A program made the translations under genes and the position numbers. DNA of 63,829 nt, the filler included, from Octopus bimaculoides (Eukaryota), in NCBI RefSeq assembly GCF_001194135.2. It is 6 parts of 5 records of this genome, joined end to end, with 100 filler letters (N's around TTAATTAATTAA, not from the genome) between each part and the next. Parts side by side here need not be neighbours in the genome. Positions count along the whole stretch, not along the records: positions 21,212 to 25,369 come from NC_068985.1; positions 25,470 to 33,074 come from NC_069006.1; positions 33,175 to 59,270 come from NC_068981.1; 3 more parts are not named here. One strand, given 5' to 3'. Each line of letters begins with the position of its first letter. The stretch's first letter is position 1. This document shows, one piece after another, positions 22,661 through 37,079 of this stretch. The notes beneath the pieces were generated by a model. It ran no database searches. It saw nothing but the letters and a program-made list of their open reading frames with translations, and was not told where the DNA came from.

Positions 22661-25141
22661 ATTGTTAGCAATTGAACTAAAAGTGAAAACAATAGAGAAT
22701 GAGTGAGATATAGAGAGGGGGGGGGGGAGAGAGAGCGCTAGCCAGTTAGACAAATAAGATAGATAAGATATAGACAGATAGATATAGAGAGAGATGGATA
22801 GAGAGATATTGACATCACTGGTGCTAGAAAACAAGAAATAGATATTTTTAAAAACTTTCAAAGATGTGAATCTAATATAAAAAGCAATATTTTTTTCTTT
22901 ATGACCGATGGTTGTAAGGGAGACAATCAATTTCTGAATCCTCTTCCACGTAACCCAGGAAAGGGTGTTTTCTGCCCCAGGGGGATCGTTACTCATTATG
23001 TGAAAGATTTTAAGAGTCTAAAACCATCCCTGGAACATAAGTAATGTATGTTCCCAGTTTGGAGAAAAGCAGTTGAAAAATACAGCCGTTATAATCTTTT
23101 ACACACACACATACAGAACAGGATTTATATTATAGATATATAAATATACATTTCATATATATATGCTTATATTACATGGAAGATAATATTTTCAACCAAG
23201 ACATTACAACCTTAATATTCAAGTGATTCAATACTGCATATGTACATATATTACTCAACTGCTGACATTTATCAGCAGTTTCTCCCATTGTTTTGATGTG
23301 CCATTTACTATCATTAATAAAACTCGTCATTTTAATGGCAGAGGTATGATAGTATAGTATATATAATATTGGAAATACATATAAAATGTTGTACATACCT
23401 TGATATTATAAATTGGATGGATATTTTTCATTGTATCTAGCACTATTTTCCGTACCTAAAAAGAGAAGTAGAATAAAATCAGTTACATCATATAGGAAAG
23501 CTGTCCCATTATACTTGATGTTTTAGTCATAAATATAAGCAACTACAGTTTGTGCCACACTTATTGAAGTTACACAGGAACTGGTTAGCAGATAAAACTG
23601 GTTTGAAAGGTGTCTACAAAACAAAAGAGAACCCTCGGGAGTTATAAATCAAATGTAAGTGTTGATTTAAGGTTAAACTCTGCAGAGCTAAATAAATGAA
23701 GTGATATTTTCTTAATAGATATAAGGATATGAACTCAGAAATGAGATGCACCAAACCAGATCATCAGTATGTAATTTGCTGTGTCATGTAGTTTTACTTG
23801 TTAAAATCATTTTGTGATCATGTTTCTCATGAAATATACTCTTCAATTAATTTTGAAAACTAATAACCTGGAGTATGTTGGTAAAATAACATGCTTAAAA
23901 ATAACACATCCAGCGTGTTTGGAACATAACTTACAGGATTTTTTGTATAAAACTATTATCAAATGTTTTAATTGAAACACAGACATTTTAAAATAGATAA
24001 TTTTGCATCCCATCACCTGAGATAGTAGAAAAGTTGATCAACCTAAGAGGATTAAGAAATCATGTTCACCTCCAGGCTGCATTTGAGCTTAAAAGCACTA
24101 AACCAATTTTCTAAAGTATGCCTTCAGTTCCCACCAAATATCTGTGACAGTTACCTCAACCTAATTAGTGATATTTGTTAGTTAATGTAATCAACCTTTA
24201 CTCTAAAACATCAGCTGCAACATTAATATTCTTTTATTGGTATCCATCATTGAACTGTGGCCAGTTGTTAAAGTACCAGATAGAAAGTTTCACAGTAGTT
24301 GTTACAAGCCTCTGCACCCTGAGTTCAATTCCTGCTGAGGTCAATGCAGCCTTTCAACCTTTAGGGGAAGGGGTTTGTGGGTGTCAATAAAAAAAATGTA
24401 CCAATTCAAGGTAATGAATTAGAAGCAATGTAAGAACATTAGACTAGATGCATTGTGGTATTTGCCCTGTTGTGAATTCAAATCCTGCCATAGCCTACCT
24501 ATATGTTAGAGCACTACCAACATGTAATTTCTTTTCTGTCAATCATAATCAACTTTAGGACTTACTCCAGGTTCTTGTTTTAGTGATTGTTTTTTAACAA
24601 AAGCGCTAAGTTAGAGTTTGAATTTTCCACACAGATAAAAGTAAACACAGAGCCAGGCACATGGTCAACTAAAAACAACAGGAGACCCTTGTTCAAGGTG
24701 ACATGCACAGAGATTGAATCAAGAAACACATGATTGCAAAATAAAAATTCTTTACAAAGCCGTATCTGCACATACATATGTTCCACCTTTTCATCCACAA
24801 ATACACTGTCTCCTCTCACTGCTGTTTCTATAGCTACTATAATAGCCTCTGCTTCTCGGAGCTAGCTGGGTTCTTGCTGCCTCCACCCAGGCATTCCTAA
24901 CCCACTCATCTCTCATCCTCTCACTACACTATGTTGCTGACTCCACCCAATCCTTCCTTCCCAGAACATCATTCCTCCGGAAATTCCTCCCTTTCCTTCA
25001 AATGTTGACTTACAAAGGTTCAAGAGGAACATTACTAGATCAATCTCACAGGTCTTGGGAGGGTCTGTGAAGGTTATGCCTCACACTACTTCTTCCTCAG
25101 ACCAAGCAGTTAAAAGAAATTCAAATTTCAGCAATAATTCA

Positions 25142-25369
<228 letters not shown>

Positions 25370-25469
25370 NNNNNNNNNNNNNNNNNNNNNNNNNNNNNNN
25401 NNNNNNNNNNNNNTTAATTAATTAANNNNNNNNNNNNNNNNNNNNNNNNNNNNNNNNNNNNNNNNNNNN

Positions 25470-25524
<55 letters not shown>

Positions 25525-26023
25525 TGGAATTGCCAGTAAACCAGCGTCTCAAACAAAATAGATGCCTAGCCGTCTTTCTTCTCTACAACTTCCACAAACA
25601 TACTCTCACCCCTGTCATCTTTCTTGCCATCGAAGAGGCAGTGAACCATCGATTACAGGTTCGCTCGATAAACCCCACCCCTCCGTATCACCGTATAATA
25701 TCGTTAAACGCCTGATGAATAAGCACAGCTATAAAGTGCATGCGGTTTAAGATAAGAAAGAAGTTGATTTCGGCGCTAATCACGATATAGACTTAACTGA
25801 ACAATGAAATTAGCTTGTCTAAATTGGGCGTATCTATCAGATTTGATAATCCTTTGCCTAGTGTTTAATCTGGCTTTGTCCTTCATCCTTATTAATCCAA
25901 TGATGTCATTCCGATTCTTTCTAATCCTGACTCAGATTATCAGCTTTTTATTTAATCAACTTATGGCTTTGTTAATTTCACCGTTTTCTACATCTCCCAA
26001 CCAGTAATTATAAAAGTGTGAGT

Positions 26024-26180
26024 GTGTGTGTGTATTTGACTTTGTGTGTATGTGTGTGTTTGACTTTGTGCGTGTGTGTGTGTATTTGACTTTGTGTGTA
26101 TGTGTGTGTTTGACTTTGTGCGTGTGTGTGTGTGTGTATTTAACTTTGTGCGTTTGTGTATATGTCACTCTGTGCGTGTG
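26024..26180. repeat. ~20-24-bp minisatellite (GT)n+tttgactttgtg
   Basis: About 6 units, alternating gtatttgactttgtgtgtat and gtgtttgactttgtgcgt. Confidence 0.85.
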
Positions 26181-26215
26181 TGATTGTATGTGTGTGTGTC
26201 TGTGTCAAGATAGTG

Positions 26216-26249
<34 letters not shown>

Positions 26250-26591
26250 GTATATATCAGGTACCATATCACTCCACCACTCTCTCTCTCTCTCTCTCTC
26301 ACTCTTTCTCTGTCTATCTCTCTTTCNNNNNNNNNNNNNNNNNNNNNNNNNNNNNNNNNNNNNNNNNNNNNNNNNNNNNNNNNNNNNNNNNNNNNNNNNN
26401 NNNNNNNNNNNNNNNNNNNNNNNNNNNNNNNNNNNNNNNNNNNNNNNNNNNNNNNNNNNNNNNNNNNNNNNNNNNNNNNNNNNNNNNNNNNNNNNNNNNN
26501 NNNNNNNNNNNNNNNNNNNNNNNNNNNNNNNNNNNNNNNNNNNNNNNNNNNNNNNNNNNNNNNNNNNNNNNNNNNNNNNNNNNNNNNNNNN

Positions 26592-26647
<56 letters not shown>

Positions 26648-27078
26648 CATATGCATTATTCACCATAGCTATGCCATTGTATACACCCTTGAGTGTTAAC
26701 CAGTGACATTAAACGCCATGATCGTCTGCCCTTTCATTCCATGACCATCCCAGAAGAGTCTGGAAGATTGCGAAAATAAAAACAGAGGGTCCTGTCCCTC
26801 CCTTATGAATAATTTATGAAACAGAAATCTATTAAGTATGATTTTTATCATTGCATTTGCGTGTGAGCTGGTGTGTATGGATGTGTGGTTATATGTGTGT
26901 GTGCGTGGTGAGCGTGTGTACGCGTTGTGTTAGTTCTGTGTGTGTGTTGTGTATGTGTGTATGTTGTGTATGTTGCGTGTGCATGTATGTATGTGTGTGT
27001 GTGAGCACGCGTTGTGTTGCGTACGTTGTGTTCGTTGTGTATGTGTTGTGTTTATGTTGTGTTTATGTTGTGTTTATG

Positions 27079-27113
<35 letters not shown>

Positions 27114-27690
27114 TGCGCTTGTGTGTGCGTGTGTGTGTCGTATGTGTGTGCTTGCAGACTGGAACATGTGTTAGTGTAGCTTCGATGTGTAAGAGTAAGA
27201 AAAATATGTCTTTCTGTATGTCCGTCTGTGTGTGTGCGTGTGTGTGAGTGTGTCTGTGCGTGTGCTTGTATCAATGCGTATGTACATGTGTGTGTGTGTG
27301 TGTGTGTGTGTGCGCGTATGTGTGCATACATGTGTTTGTGCATAAGTGCATGGATTGTGCATATGTGCGTCTGTACACACACATGTGAGAATATGAACGT
27401 GCGAAGGAGAAGGAGGAGTAGACAGAGAAGGAGAGGGAGAGGGACAGAAGAGGGAAGAGAGAAGGGGAGTGAGAAAGAGAGAGGTAGCAGTGGGTGAGAG
27501 AAGGGGCGGGTAATAAAAGAGACAGGAGGACAGAGAAAGAGAGAGAGACAGACAGACAGATAGAAAGTGAGAAAGTGAGAGAGAGAGAGAGCAAGTGAGA
27601 GAGTGCACGTGTGTGTATGTGTGTGTCTATATGTCTGTCTATGTGCGTGCGTGTGTGTGTGCGTGTATGTGTGTCTATGTGCGTGTGTTT
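26181..27690. repeat. Dense block of (CA)n,(CT)n,(GT)n,(GA)n and degenerate derivatives
   Basis: Direct inspection; source of ORFs 26026-27794. Confidence 0.85.
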
Positions 27691-27704
27691 GTATAAATCC
27701 ATGC

Positions 27705-28051
27705 GTGCCAGGGAAGCTGAATGTGCAGAAGGTATCCATGAATCCCCAAGAGGTTGACTTAATTGGTCAGCTGCAAGAGAGGGATGTCTTTTGACAAGAA
27801 CAAACTATTGTTAAATGGACATCGGTCACGTGTTAGTTCACGTGACACATTACGTTCAACCAACTGTTGTGGGTGCGATTGTTTCGCCCCAGGACAGCTC
27901 TGAGTAGGTAAACCCATGATCAAAGACAATCCAATCATGACAACTGTCTTTATTCCAGGCGTAGTGCCTCTTGTATGCTCATCCGTCGGAGTAACAAGGA
28001 CCATGTAGTCATCGTGGGGTTAGGTTTGAAGTTGCGCTTTGTGGGTCGTGC

Positions 28052-28092
<41 letters not shown>

Positions 28093-28095
28093 TAA
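27705..28095 (+). mobile_element. Unclassified GC-richer repeat ending in (AAT)n tail
   Basis: GC-elevated segment ending in (aat) x ~13 at 28054-28095, a retroposon-like 3' tail. Family not recognised. Confidence 0.4.
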
Positions 28096-28929
28096 TACAA
28101 ATATTGGAGACCGAACTATGGCTAAATCAATAGGAAAATGTGTAGGAATACCGTCAAAGTGCATTTTGCGAAACCTGCTGCAAGTGGATGAACAAAAGGT
28201 ATTACGTCAACGGAAGCATTTACTGCAGAACTGTTGTAATCGTATTTGGTAGCTGGGTTGTTGTATGAAGGAACATAAAATGCACACATTTTTTTGTGCA
28301 GCATTCGTTCTATATTTCTTTTGGTTTACCGCTAAACAAATAAAATTAAAAAAAAAAAAAAAGAATGTCGCCGTTGCTATTGGATTAGAGTCAATGGTAG
28401 TTACATAACGTGTTTTGTTAACTGATAAACGTGGTGTGTTTTAGTGGCTGTTGATTTTTCTCGTTCAGTTATGCTTTTCACACTTTCTTTTAACCAGTTA
28501 TGTACGTATGTAGAGATACAGAGAGAGAAAGAGAGAGGGGGAGGGAGAGAAAGAAAGAGTTAAAAACATGAGCGAAGGGAATGGGAAACAAACTATGCTT
28601 TAGAACAATGCCAGAACAAATTCACAAGGTGTAGAACACAAATCAGACATGGTGTATAGCATAAAACCTAGAATGTACTCTAATTAGAGAGTGGATGAAT
28701 ACGCCATTAAAAATGACCTCATAAAACAGAACATAGCATATATCGCCTCCAACCACAAAATAACATAATATATTATTGAAAAAATACAAACTCCATTCAA
28801 AATAAGAACACACTCGTCGATATGAAACCACACATTGTTGGCCACAGAACGTTCTTTTGACACTGAATGTAATAGAAAAATTTTGAAATTTCATTGGATA
28901 CATACAAGTTATAAAGTTCATGACTCAGA

Positions 28930-29078
28930 CTGTCAGATCGGGCACGCAACGCGTCAGATGTTGAAGAGATTACATAGCAACGTGTTTTGCTGAAGAACGC
29001 AGCACACGACCTGTTCCAGGAATCGAAAGCACGATCCTGCGATAGTGATTGCAACACCCTAACCACCTGGTCACACGC
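28930..29078 (-). mobile_element. SINE family C head fragment
   Basis: ccaggaatcgaaagcacgatcctgcgatag...ccctaaccacctggtcacacgcct is the reverse complement of a tRNA-like head like that at 36257. Confidence 0.65.
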
Positions 29079-30991
29079 CTTCCTTATCTATTTAGCTATC
29101 TATCTATATATTTATATATACACACACACACATACACACATACATATGTATGCGTGTATATACATAGATACATACATATATACGTGTATGTGTATATATA
29201 TGTGTGTGTACATACATACATACATACATACATACATACATACATACATACATACATACATACAGGACATGCACTATACGCACACAAGTGAAATCCTATT
29301 CCGGAATGTTTATTTCATAATCATTCTAATTACGGGCGATATCTGAAATGATATTTAAATTTATTTAAATTTTGTTTAGATTATCACAATGAATCGCCAG
29401 TTTATGCGATTTGGCAACATCTCAATGCATTTCCAATGCTTGATTTGCCTTCTGAAATCTTTCATTAAAAACCCGTTATATTATATTGTTTTGTATTAAT
29501 GATAACAATGATAATAATAAAAATAATAGTATAATATTATTGTTATTATTATATTATATAGCTTAGTAAATGTCCATTAATATATTTATTGTAGATATGC
29601 CCTTCCTTCAATTTAATATAGTGCTATCTTCTTTCCATTTTTTGTGATTCTTTTGTTAAAACTATGATTTGCTCGCTGTCTTTTTTGTTTTTTGTGGAAA
29701 CATTGAGTAAATTTGATATTAATACCTTTTTTTTTCTCTCAGTGAATTTCATTTCCATTGTTAATGAATGTGACGTATTTACTTTGCGAATAAAAACGTT
29801 TTATAATGTTTTGCGATATGTAATTCTGCAAGTATAAAAGTTGTATGATGTTTAACGATGAATTTACTCCGTGGATAAAAAAAATTAAAAATAAAAAGCA
29901 TGGCGTTAAATTTAGCGACAGTGGTTTTGTGGTTTTGTCATGACAATGGATTTACCGATCACGTTTTAGCGGTGAAATTACTTTGCAAGGAAAATATCAG
30001 GCGTTGAAATTACAGATGACTTATTTATCGCGATATAAATTGTGATGAATTTATAAAGATTTGGTTTATAAGCACTGGAGTCAGCTTTAGAGTACAGAAG
30101 GATGAGAAGGGATTTCATTGGTTGAATTATGTGACTTGGTCTTGGTCAGCACTATTGTGCCTCTGTCTGGTTTTCTTTCAATGCATAGCGCTGTGCTACT
30201 GGTTGCTTCTGCACGTCGTAACTTTTATCACTGAAATATCACATGCAACAGAATGTCGACTAACTGATGCCAACATCTTGATTGCACTCCGCAGAAAGTA
30301 CTAATGACGCTCTAGACAGCTAAATCATCTATGGGACCTGAACTGACCAATAGAGGCCTGCATGCTCTCACCTAGAAGCCATTTTAAATTTACTTCATGA
30401 TGTCATGTTGCTACTGTTTAATTCTCACACAGAGATTTAATATTAATATATTGATAAATACACACACATATATGCACCTCTCTCTCTCTATATATATATA
30501 TATATATNNNNNNNNNNNNNNNNNNNNNNNNNNNNNNNNNNNNNNNNNNNNNNNNNNNNNNNNNNNNNNNNNNNNNNNNNNNNNNNNNNNNNNNNNNNNN
30601 NNNNNNNNNNNNNNNNNNNNNNNNNNNNNNNNNNNNNNNNNNNNNNNNNNNNNNNNNNNNNNNNNNNNNNNNNNNNNNNNNNNNNNNNNNNNNNNNNNNN
30701 NNNNNNNNNNNNNNNNNNNNNNNNNNNNNNNNNNNNNNNNNNNNNNNNNNNNNNNNNNNNNNNNNNNNNNNNNNNNNNNNNNNNNNNNNNNNNNNNNNNN
30801 NNNNNNNNNNNNNNNNNNNNNNNNNNNNNNNNNNNNNNNNNNNNNNNNNNNNNNNNNNNNNNNNNNNNNNNNNNNNNNNNNNNNNNNNNNNNNNNNNNNN
30901 NNNNNNNNNNNNNNNNNNNNNNNNNNNNNNNNNNNNNNNNNNNNNNNNNNNNNNNNNNNNNNNNNNNNNNNNNNNNNNNNNNNNNNNNNNN

Positions 30992-31022
<31 letters not shown>

Positions 31023-31763
31023 TGTTATATGTACATTCCCGTTGGTTCATTCTTCCATTGATGCCAATTGTTTCCATCGGATGATTTCTCATGATTCTGT
31101 TTTTATTAGGATATTGTTAACGGCTGTCGTCATTTCATTTACTATTTCGTTTGTGACTCCACTTGTCTATTCACTCGTTTATTTACTATTTCTATCGGTT
31201 ATATTCTCTGTTGTAAATCTGTATATCATATCCAGATCCTGTATTCCTGGAGTTATTTGTCTTTATCCTGGTTATAGACATACCGTTCCCCATCGGCCAA
31301 TCCATTTGTGTCACAGTCGCTGCTTGTCTATTACGTAATCGCGTCCTGTTTAACTAATTTTTTTTTAATGTGTTTCTAGAGTTGTTTACCTTTGTATCTC
31401 TTACTGACCGAAAGCAGTGCAAACGGTGGTCTTCTTCCCTTTTTAACTTGTTAACCGTTAGATCACATGAATTGTTCAACATTAACTCAGTCAACAGACA
31501 CACTTTGTCAGCATTCTTCCAACCACAAATACGTGAATAACACCACACAAGCACACACACATAGGCAAACGCATACATGCGTATATAGGCATGTATGCAT
31601 CATTCAATATATACTTTAACGCATACTTGTATGTATGTATGTATGTATGTATGTATGTACGTACGCGCATATGTGTATGTATATAAGCATGCATGCAAGT
31701 TTGTGTGTATGCTTGTATGTATCGCAGGATATATGCTTGTACGTATGGATATATACATACACA

Positions 31764-31807
<44 letters not shown>

Positions 31808-32447
31808 NNNNNNNNNNNNNNNNNNNNNNNNNNNNNNNNNNNNNNNNNNNNNNNNNNNNNNNNNNNNNNNNNNNNNNNNNNNNNNNNNNNNNNNNNNNNN
31901 NNNNNNNNNNNNNNNNNNNNNNNNNNNNNNNNNNNNNNNNNNNNNNNNNNNNNNNNNNNNNNNNNNNNNNNNNNNNNNNNNNNNNNNNNNNNNNNNNNNN
32001 NNNNNNNNNNNNNNNNNNNNNNNNNNNNNNNNNNNNNNNNNNNNNNNNNNNNNNNNNNNNNNNNNNNNNNNNNNNNNNNNNNNNNNNNNNNNNNNNNNNN
32101 NNNNNNNNNNNNNNNNNNNNNNNNNNNNNNNNNNNNNNNNNNNNNNNNNNNNNNNNNNNNNNNNNNNNNNNNNNNNNNNNNNNNNNNNNNNNNNNNNNNN
32201 NNNNNNNNNNNNNNNNNNNNNNNNNNNNNNNNNNNNNNNNNNNNNNNNNNNNNNNNNNNNNNNNNNNNNNNNNNNNNNNNNNNNNNNNNNNNNNNNNNNN
32301 NNNNNNNNNNNNNNNNNNNNNNNNNNNNNNNNNNNNNNNNNNNNNNNNNNNNNNNNNNNNNNNNNNNNNNNNNNNNNNNNNNNNNNNNNNNNNNNNNNNN
32401 NNNNNNNNNNNNNNNNNNNNNNNNNNNNNNNNNNNNNNNNNNNNNNN

Positions 32448-32520
<73 letters not shown>

Positions 32521-32629
32521 CAGACAGAGAGAGAGAGAGGCAGAGAGCGAATGAGTGAGAAAGAGAATTGGGGAAATCGAAGTAGAACTGTTTGCTTGTG
32601 GATATGAGTTAGAGAGAGAAGAGGATAGT

Positions 32630-32677
<48 letters not shown>

Positions 32678-33879
32678 TCTCTGTATATGTATGTGTATCA
32701 GCAGACATTAGTTAATGTCAGGGGGGCGTGCGGGAGAGAGGGAGAGAAAAGGTGGTGAGGAAGGAGGAGGAAATGAATGGTAATGAGAGAGGGAGAGCAG
32801 GAGGACGAGTAAGAGGAGGAAGAAGAGAGGAAGAGAGAGAAAAACAGGCAAAGGTGAGACAGAGTGAGAGTGAAAGAGGTAAGGAGTAAGGGTGGTGGTG
32901 AGAGTACTTAGTCAAATGGAAGTAGATTTCCTATTTCAAAGTGATTTCGGCTTCGAGTCAATCCGTCTGTAATTCAACATCATTCGCCCCCCCCCCACCC
33001 TCTCCAATCCCCCCCCCACTAACTCCTACCACTTTACTTTTACTACACCACCGCCCATGAACAGCAGCACCACCNNNNNNNNNNNNNNNNNNNNNNNNNN
33101 NNNNNNNNNNNNNNNNNNTTAATTAATTAANNNNNNNNNNNNNNNNNNNNNNNNNNNNNNNNNNNNNNNNNNNNCATATCTATCTACACACATGCACTGT
33201 TGCTGATTCAAGAAATATACTGTATTACCAAAAAGATGGCCCTTTGGTTTCCTGAATTTATTGTCTAAAGTTTTTTCGTTTTATTTTAAATAGAGTGTCA
33301 GTAACAATAGCACTTAGAAAGAAAATTAGAAATACATGCACTTGTAAATCTTTTATAAAGATTTTTGTATCAAATTCACGATGAATAGTGGCACTCTTTA
33401 TACTGGATGTAATATAAGGTCCACGCTGTAGTTAAAATATGTCTGAAAGATGTTGAGTAATCAGATTTCTATGGCAACCACAAATATATCTTGCACTATT
33501 CATATAAGTAGTTGTAAGAATGTTACAGTGAAATGTGATATATTATTACTCAACTGAATATTGACTATTTCAGTAGAACCAAAAAGTGTTACCAACACAA
33601 CGACTGTATACGAAGTTTGTTTTGGTATTCTTGATGGGAAATCTGACTAGTCAAACTTATGAACAAAAGGATTTCATTTATATGAAACTCAGATTTATTT
33701 GTTGAAATATTTCCGCTTATAGTGATGTAACAGAAAGGAACTCGATGAAATAAATAGAGAGAGAGAGAGAATACAAGAACTTGTGGATTTAGACATCAAT
33801 CATAACTACAATATATATTTAGAGTAGCATGAAACGTGCGTACTGCAATCATCTTTGAAATCCGTGTTGCTTATTTTGA

Positions 33880-34305
33880 GTCGGCAGAAACGTTAGCACT
33901 GCGGGCGAAATGCCTAACAGTTTTTCGTCTGCCGCTACGCTCAAATTCCGCCGAGGTCGAGTTTGCCTTTCATCCTTTCGGGGTCGATACATTAAGTACC
34001 AGTTACACACTGGAGTCGATGTAATTGACTTAATCCCTTTGTCTGTCTTTGTTTGTGCCCTCTATGTTTAGCCCCTTGTGGGCAATAAAGAAATAAGAAA
34101 TGTTAGCACAGCGAGCTAAATGCTTACCACTATTTCGTCTGCCGTCACGTTCTGAGTTCAAATTCCGCCGAGGTTGACTTTGCCTTTCACTCTTTCTATG
34201 TCGATTAAATAAGTGCCAGTTAAGCACTGGGGGCGATGTAATCGACTTAATCTCTTCGTTTGTCCCCTGTATGTTCAGCCCACTGGGGGAAATAAAGAAA
34301 TAAAT
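33880..34305 (+). mobile_element. Dimeric SINE family A
   Basis: Monomer 1 ends gtgggcaataaagaaataagaaat and joins gttagcacagcg of monomer 2 at ~34101; same junction as 18663 and 57041. 3' end runs into a gap. Confidence 0.9.
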
Positions 34306-35447
34306 NNNNNNNNNNNNNNNNNNNNNNNNNNNNNNNNNNNNNNNNNNNNNNNNNNNNNNNNNNNNNNNNNNNNNNNNNNNNNNNNNNNNNNNNNNNNNNN
34401 NNNNNNNNNNNNNNNNNNNNNNNNNNNNNNNNNNNNNNNNNNNNNNNNNNNNNNNNNNNNNNNNNNNNNNNNNNNNNNNNNNNNNNNNNNNNNNNNNNNN
34501 NNNNNNNNNNNNNNNNNNNNNNNNNNNNNNNNNNNNNNNNNNNNNNTATATATATATATATATATATATATTGTACATATGTAAATATATATATTGTATA
34601 CACACACACGCACATATATAAATGAATAGATAGATAGTTATTCAAATATGAGTTAAAGTAGCTCGTGGGATATAAAGAATATCGAACACACGTACACAAG
34701 GTATGTGTTTTGCTAGTTCGGGGATGCGCTAGGGCTATATGCATAAGAGAATATATCAAACATGCGCTACTGTACTTAAGGTAGTGAGTCGGCTAGTTTT
34801 GATCTATTGATTTTATAACCGTGACAAAAAGAATCGTAAGCATTTGCGAAAATTAATAACAAAAGTCGGAAGGAAGGCTATTCCATTAACCAAAATGCAA
34901 ATGAGAATATACACATCATAGAAGGCTGGTGATTTCCATCGTTACTTTCTATGCAGACAACATTGGATATGTTTTAGATATTGAAACCTCTACAACTTAT
35001 CATAGTTCACTCATATCTGACAAAGCCTTAGGGCGGTTAATAGCTAGAGAGTTATGTGTAAAATATATTCACAGCGCAGTAACTAATATATCCGCACTTG
35101 TTGAAAGCAACAGATTTATAAGAATGTCTAATCTGTGATATTAAGCAAGTCAGTTACTCTCAGGTATACTCCCTCATTGGCTCATGAAAGTTGTTGTAGT
35201 GTCGGCTTTCTAAAAGGTATGTTCTATATAAAAAATTAGAACTTCCCAGATTACCTGGCGTACTGTTAATGATTTTTGGAGAAAAGAAAATGGAACAAAT
35301 CGGGTTCAAGTTAATGCTGTTACGACTTTTAGTATTTTTGTTCATAAAACATATAGTATCCTTTCTTAAGGAGAACATCGTATGAGGTTGCTATTGTTAG
35401 TATATTTATATCATATTTCATGACTTCTGCTGCTCCTGCTACAAAGA

Positions 35448-35471
35448 CAACAACAACAACAACAACAACAC

Positions 35472-35524
<53 letters not shown>

Positions 35525-35570
35525 GCTACTAATACTACTGCTACTACTGCTACTACTACTATTGGCACTG
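35448..35570. repeat. (AAC)n-(TAC)n trinucleotide tract
   Basis: Direct inspection; source of poly-T/V/S ORFs. Confidence 0.95.
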
Positions 35571-36007
35571 TTAGTATGAGTATGCTGATACATACTATTC
35601 TTCTGCCATTTTAGCTCTGATGTTTTTACTGATATTCAATTCAATGCTTATTCACCTCTCCTATATGTTTTTGCAATTTATTTATGCTGCTGCTGCTGTT
35701 TCACTACCACTGCTGTTAATTATTCATAGAACTAAGAAAATTCTGCATCCTGCTATGGACACACTCACTAAGAAAAAAATCAGAACTACAATCTGAGAAA
35801 ATGCATCATGTTAAAACAGCATGCGTGTTCGATATAGCAATCCCCAGTGAAATGTAATAAACATTACACAGTATCTATTTTTTACCATCGTTCCGTCGAT
35901 TTTAAATGCATTATCTCGAGTAAGATTTTAAATTTGTAGCTTATATGAGAGAGTATATTTGAAAGTACTTCTGTATCTATTCTGCTTGTTATTATACGAT
36001 CCAGTGT

Positions 36008-36240
36008 AAGGCGGCGACCTGGCATAATCGTTAGCACGCCGGGCGAAATGCTTAGCGGTATTTCGTCTGCCGTTCTAAGTTCAAATTCCATCGAGGTCGA
36101 CTTTACCTTTCATCCTTTCGGCGTCGATTAAATAAGTACCATTTGAACACTGGGGTTGATGTAATCGACTTAATCCCTTTGTCTGTCCTTATTTGTCCCC
36201 TCTATGTTTAGCCCCCCCCCCGTGAACAATAAAGAAATAA
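36008..36240 (+). mobile_element. SINE family A monomer with caataaagaaataa tail
   Basis: aggcggcgacctggcataatcgttagcacgccgggcg ... aagttcaaattcc ... caataaagaaataa. Confidence 0.92.
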
Positions 36241-36256
36241 ATATATGATCTTGAGT

Positions 36257-36578
36257 GAAGGCGCGTGGCTTAGTGGTTAGGGGCATTCGACTCACGATGG
36301 CAAGGTCGTGAGTTCAATTCCCGGCGACGTGTTGTGTCCTTGAGCAAGACACTTTATTTCACGTTGCTCCAGTCCACTCAGCTGACAAAAATGAGTATTA
36401 CCTGTATTTCAAAGGGTCAGCCTTGTCATACCCTATGTCACTCTGAATCTCCCTGAGAATTACGTTAAGGGTACACGTGTCTGTGGATTGCTCAGCCACT
36501 TTCACGTTAATATCACGAGCAAGCTGTTCCGTTGATCGTGTCAGCTGGGACCGTCATCGTCGTAACCGACGGAGTGCT
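36257..36578 (+). mobile_element. tRNA-derived SINE family C (CORE-like body)
   Basis: Head ggcgcgtggcttagtggttagg...gagttcaattcc (A/B boxes), then gttgtgtccttgagcaagacactttatttcacgttgctccagtccactcagctg. Confidence 0.85.
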
Positions 36579-37079
36579 CCTAGAAAAACGTATCACATAT
36601 GGTCTTGAGTGTGTATCTGTATGTATGTGTATGAGTGTCCTCTAACGTTGCTGCAGCCAGTTGTTATTGCATAGAGATTTTATATTTCTTAGTATTTTGG
36701 ATTCTGTTAAATTTTAACTTTTAAGAATGTCATTTAAATAAAGCTGAGGTGCACTCAAATACACACTCACAGATACACGGATATGGACTATCGCACAATA
36801 ACATGGTCCCACACACTGATGAATTTCGCTAGAAACTGCATCTCCATTATTGAATCAGTAGTCAAAATGATTTTTGCAAACTAGAAAATCTACAACTTTT
36901 GACAGTAATTTGTAAGAAATAATTACTATGCTTATACTGACGTCAGGTTTGAAGTGATTCCGGTGATTTTTGTGAATAGAGTTGCTTTTAGATACAATTT
37001 AGATTTAGCTTCAGAGAAAGAAAGTTGTATTGAGGCTGAATCTTCTTAGTATAACTTATGTTAAATAAAAATCAGATAT

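Noticed and set aside
22870-22900. aTCtaatataaaaag as a further Helitron 5' end
   Set aside because: Wrong strand for Helitron 2 and no downstream Helitron sequence; a common AT-rich motif.
23525-23655. Possible exon HKYKQLQFVPHLLKLHRNWLADKTGLK with downstream gtaagt
   Set aside because: In-frame stop precedes the strong donor and the alternative donor is weak. No homology.
28122-28304. Short protein-like ORFs in unique DNA (also 30122-30304, 34929-35138, 45693-45911, 48133-48318)
   Set aside because: Lengths of 60-75 codons are expected by chance. No recognisable motifs or consistent splice-site pairs.
30397-32708. Long ORFs (up to 405 aa) in the ORF track, also at 8845-9363, 26026-26706, 34030-34759, 42757-43436, 57430-58245
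   Set aside because: Composed of X from N-gaps and dipeptide repeats (YI, CV, HT, RE, SL) from microsatellites.
35329-35614. Poly-Thr/Ser/Val ORFs resembling mucin
   Set aside because: Simple (AAC)/(TAC) repeat, open in several frames, with no splice or homology support.
36257-36330. tRNA-like sequences (also 63443-63510 and family A/B heads)
   Set aside because: A/B boxes continue into repeated SINE bodies and no complete cloverleaf is seen. These are SINE heads, not tRNA genes.
36815-36845. CTGATGA...GAAAC (ctgatgaatttcgctagaaactgc); also CTGATGA at ~25693
   Set aside because: No convincing stem II or stem I at 36817, and no correctly placed GAAA at 25693.
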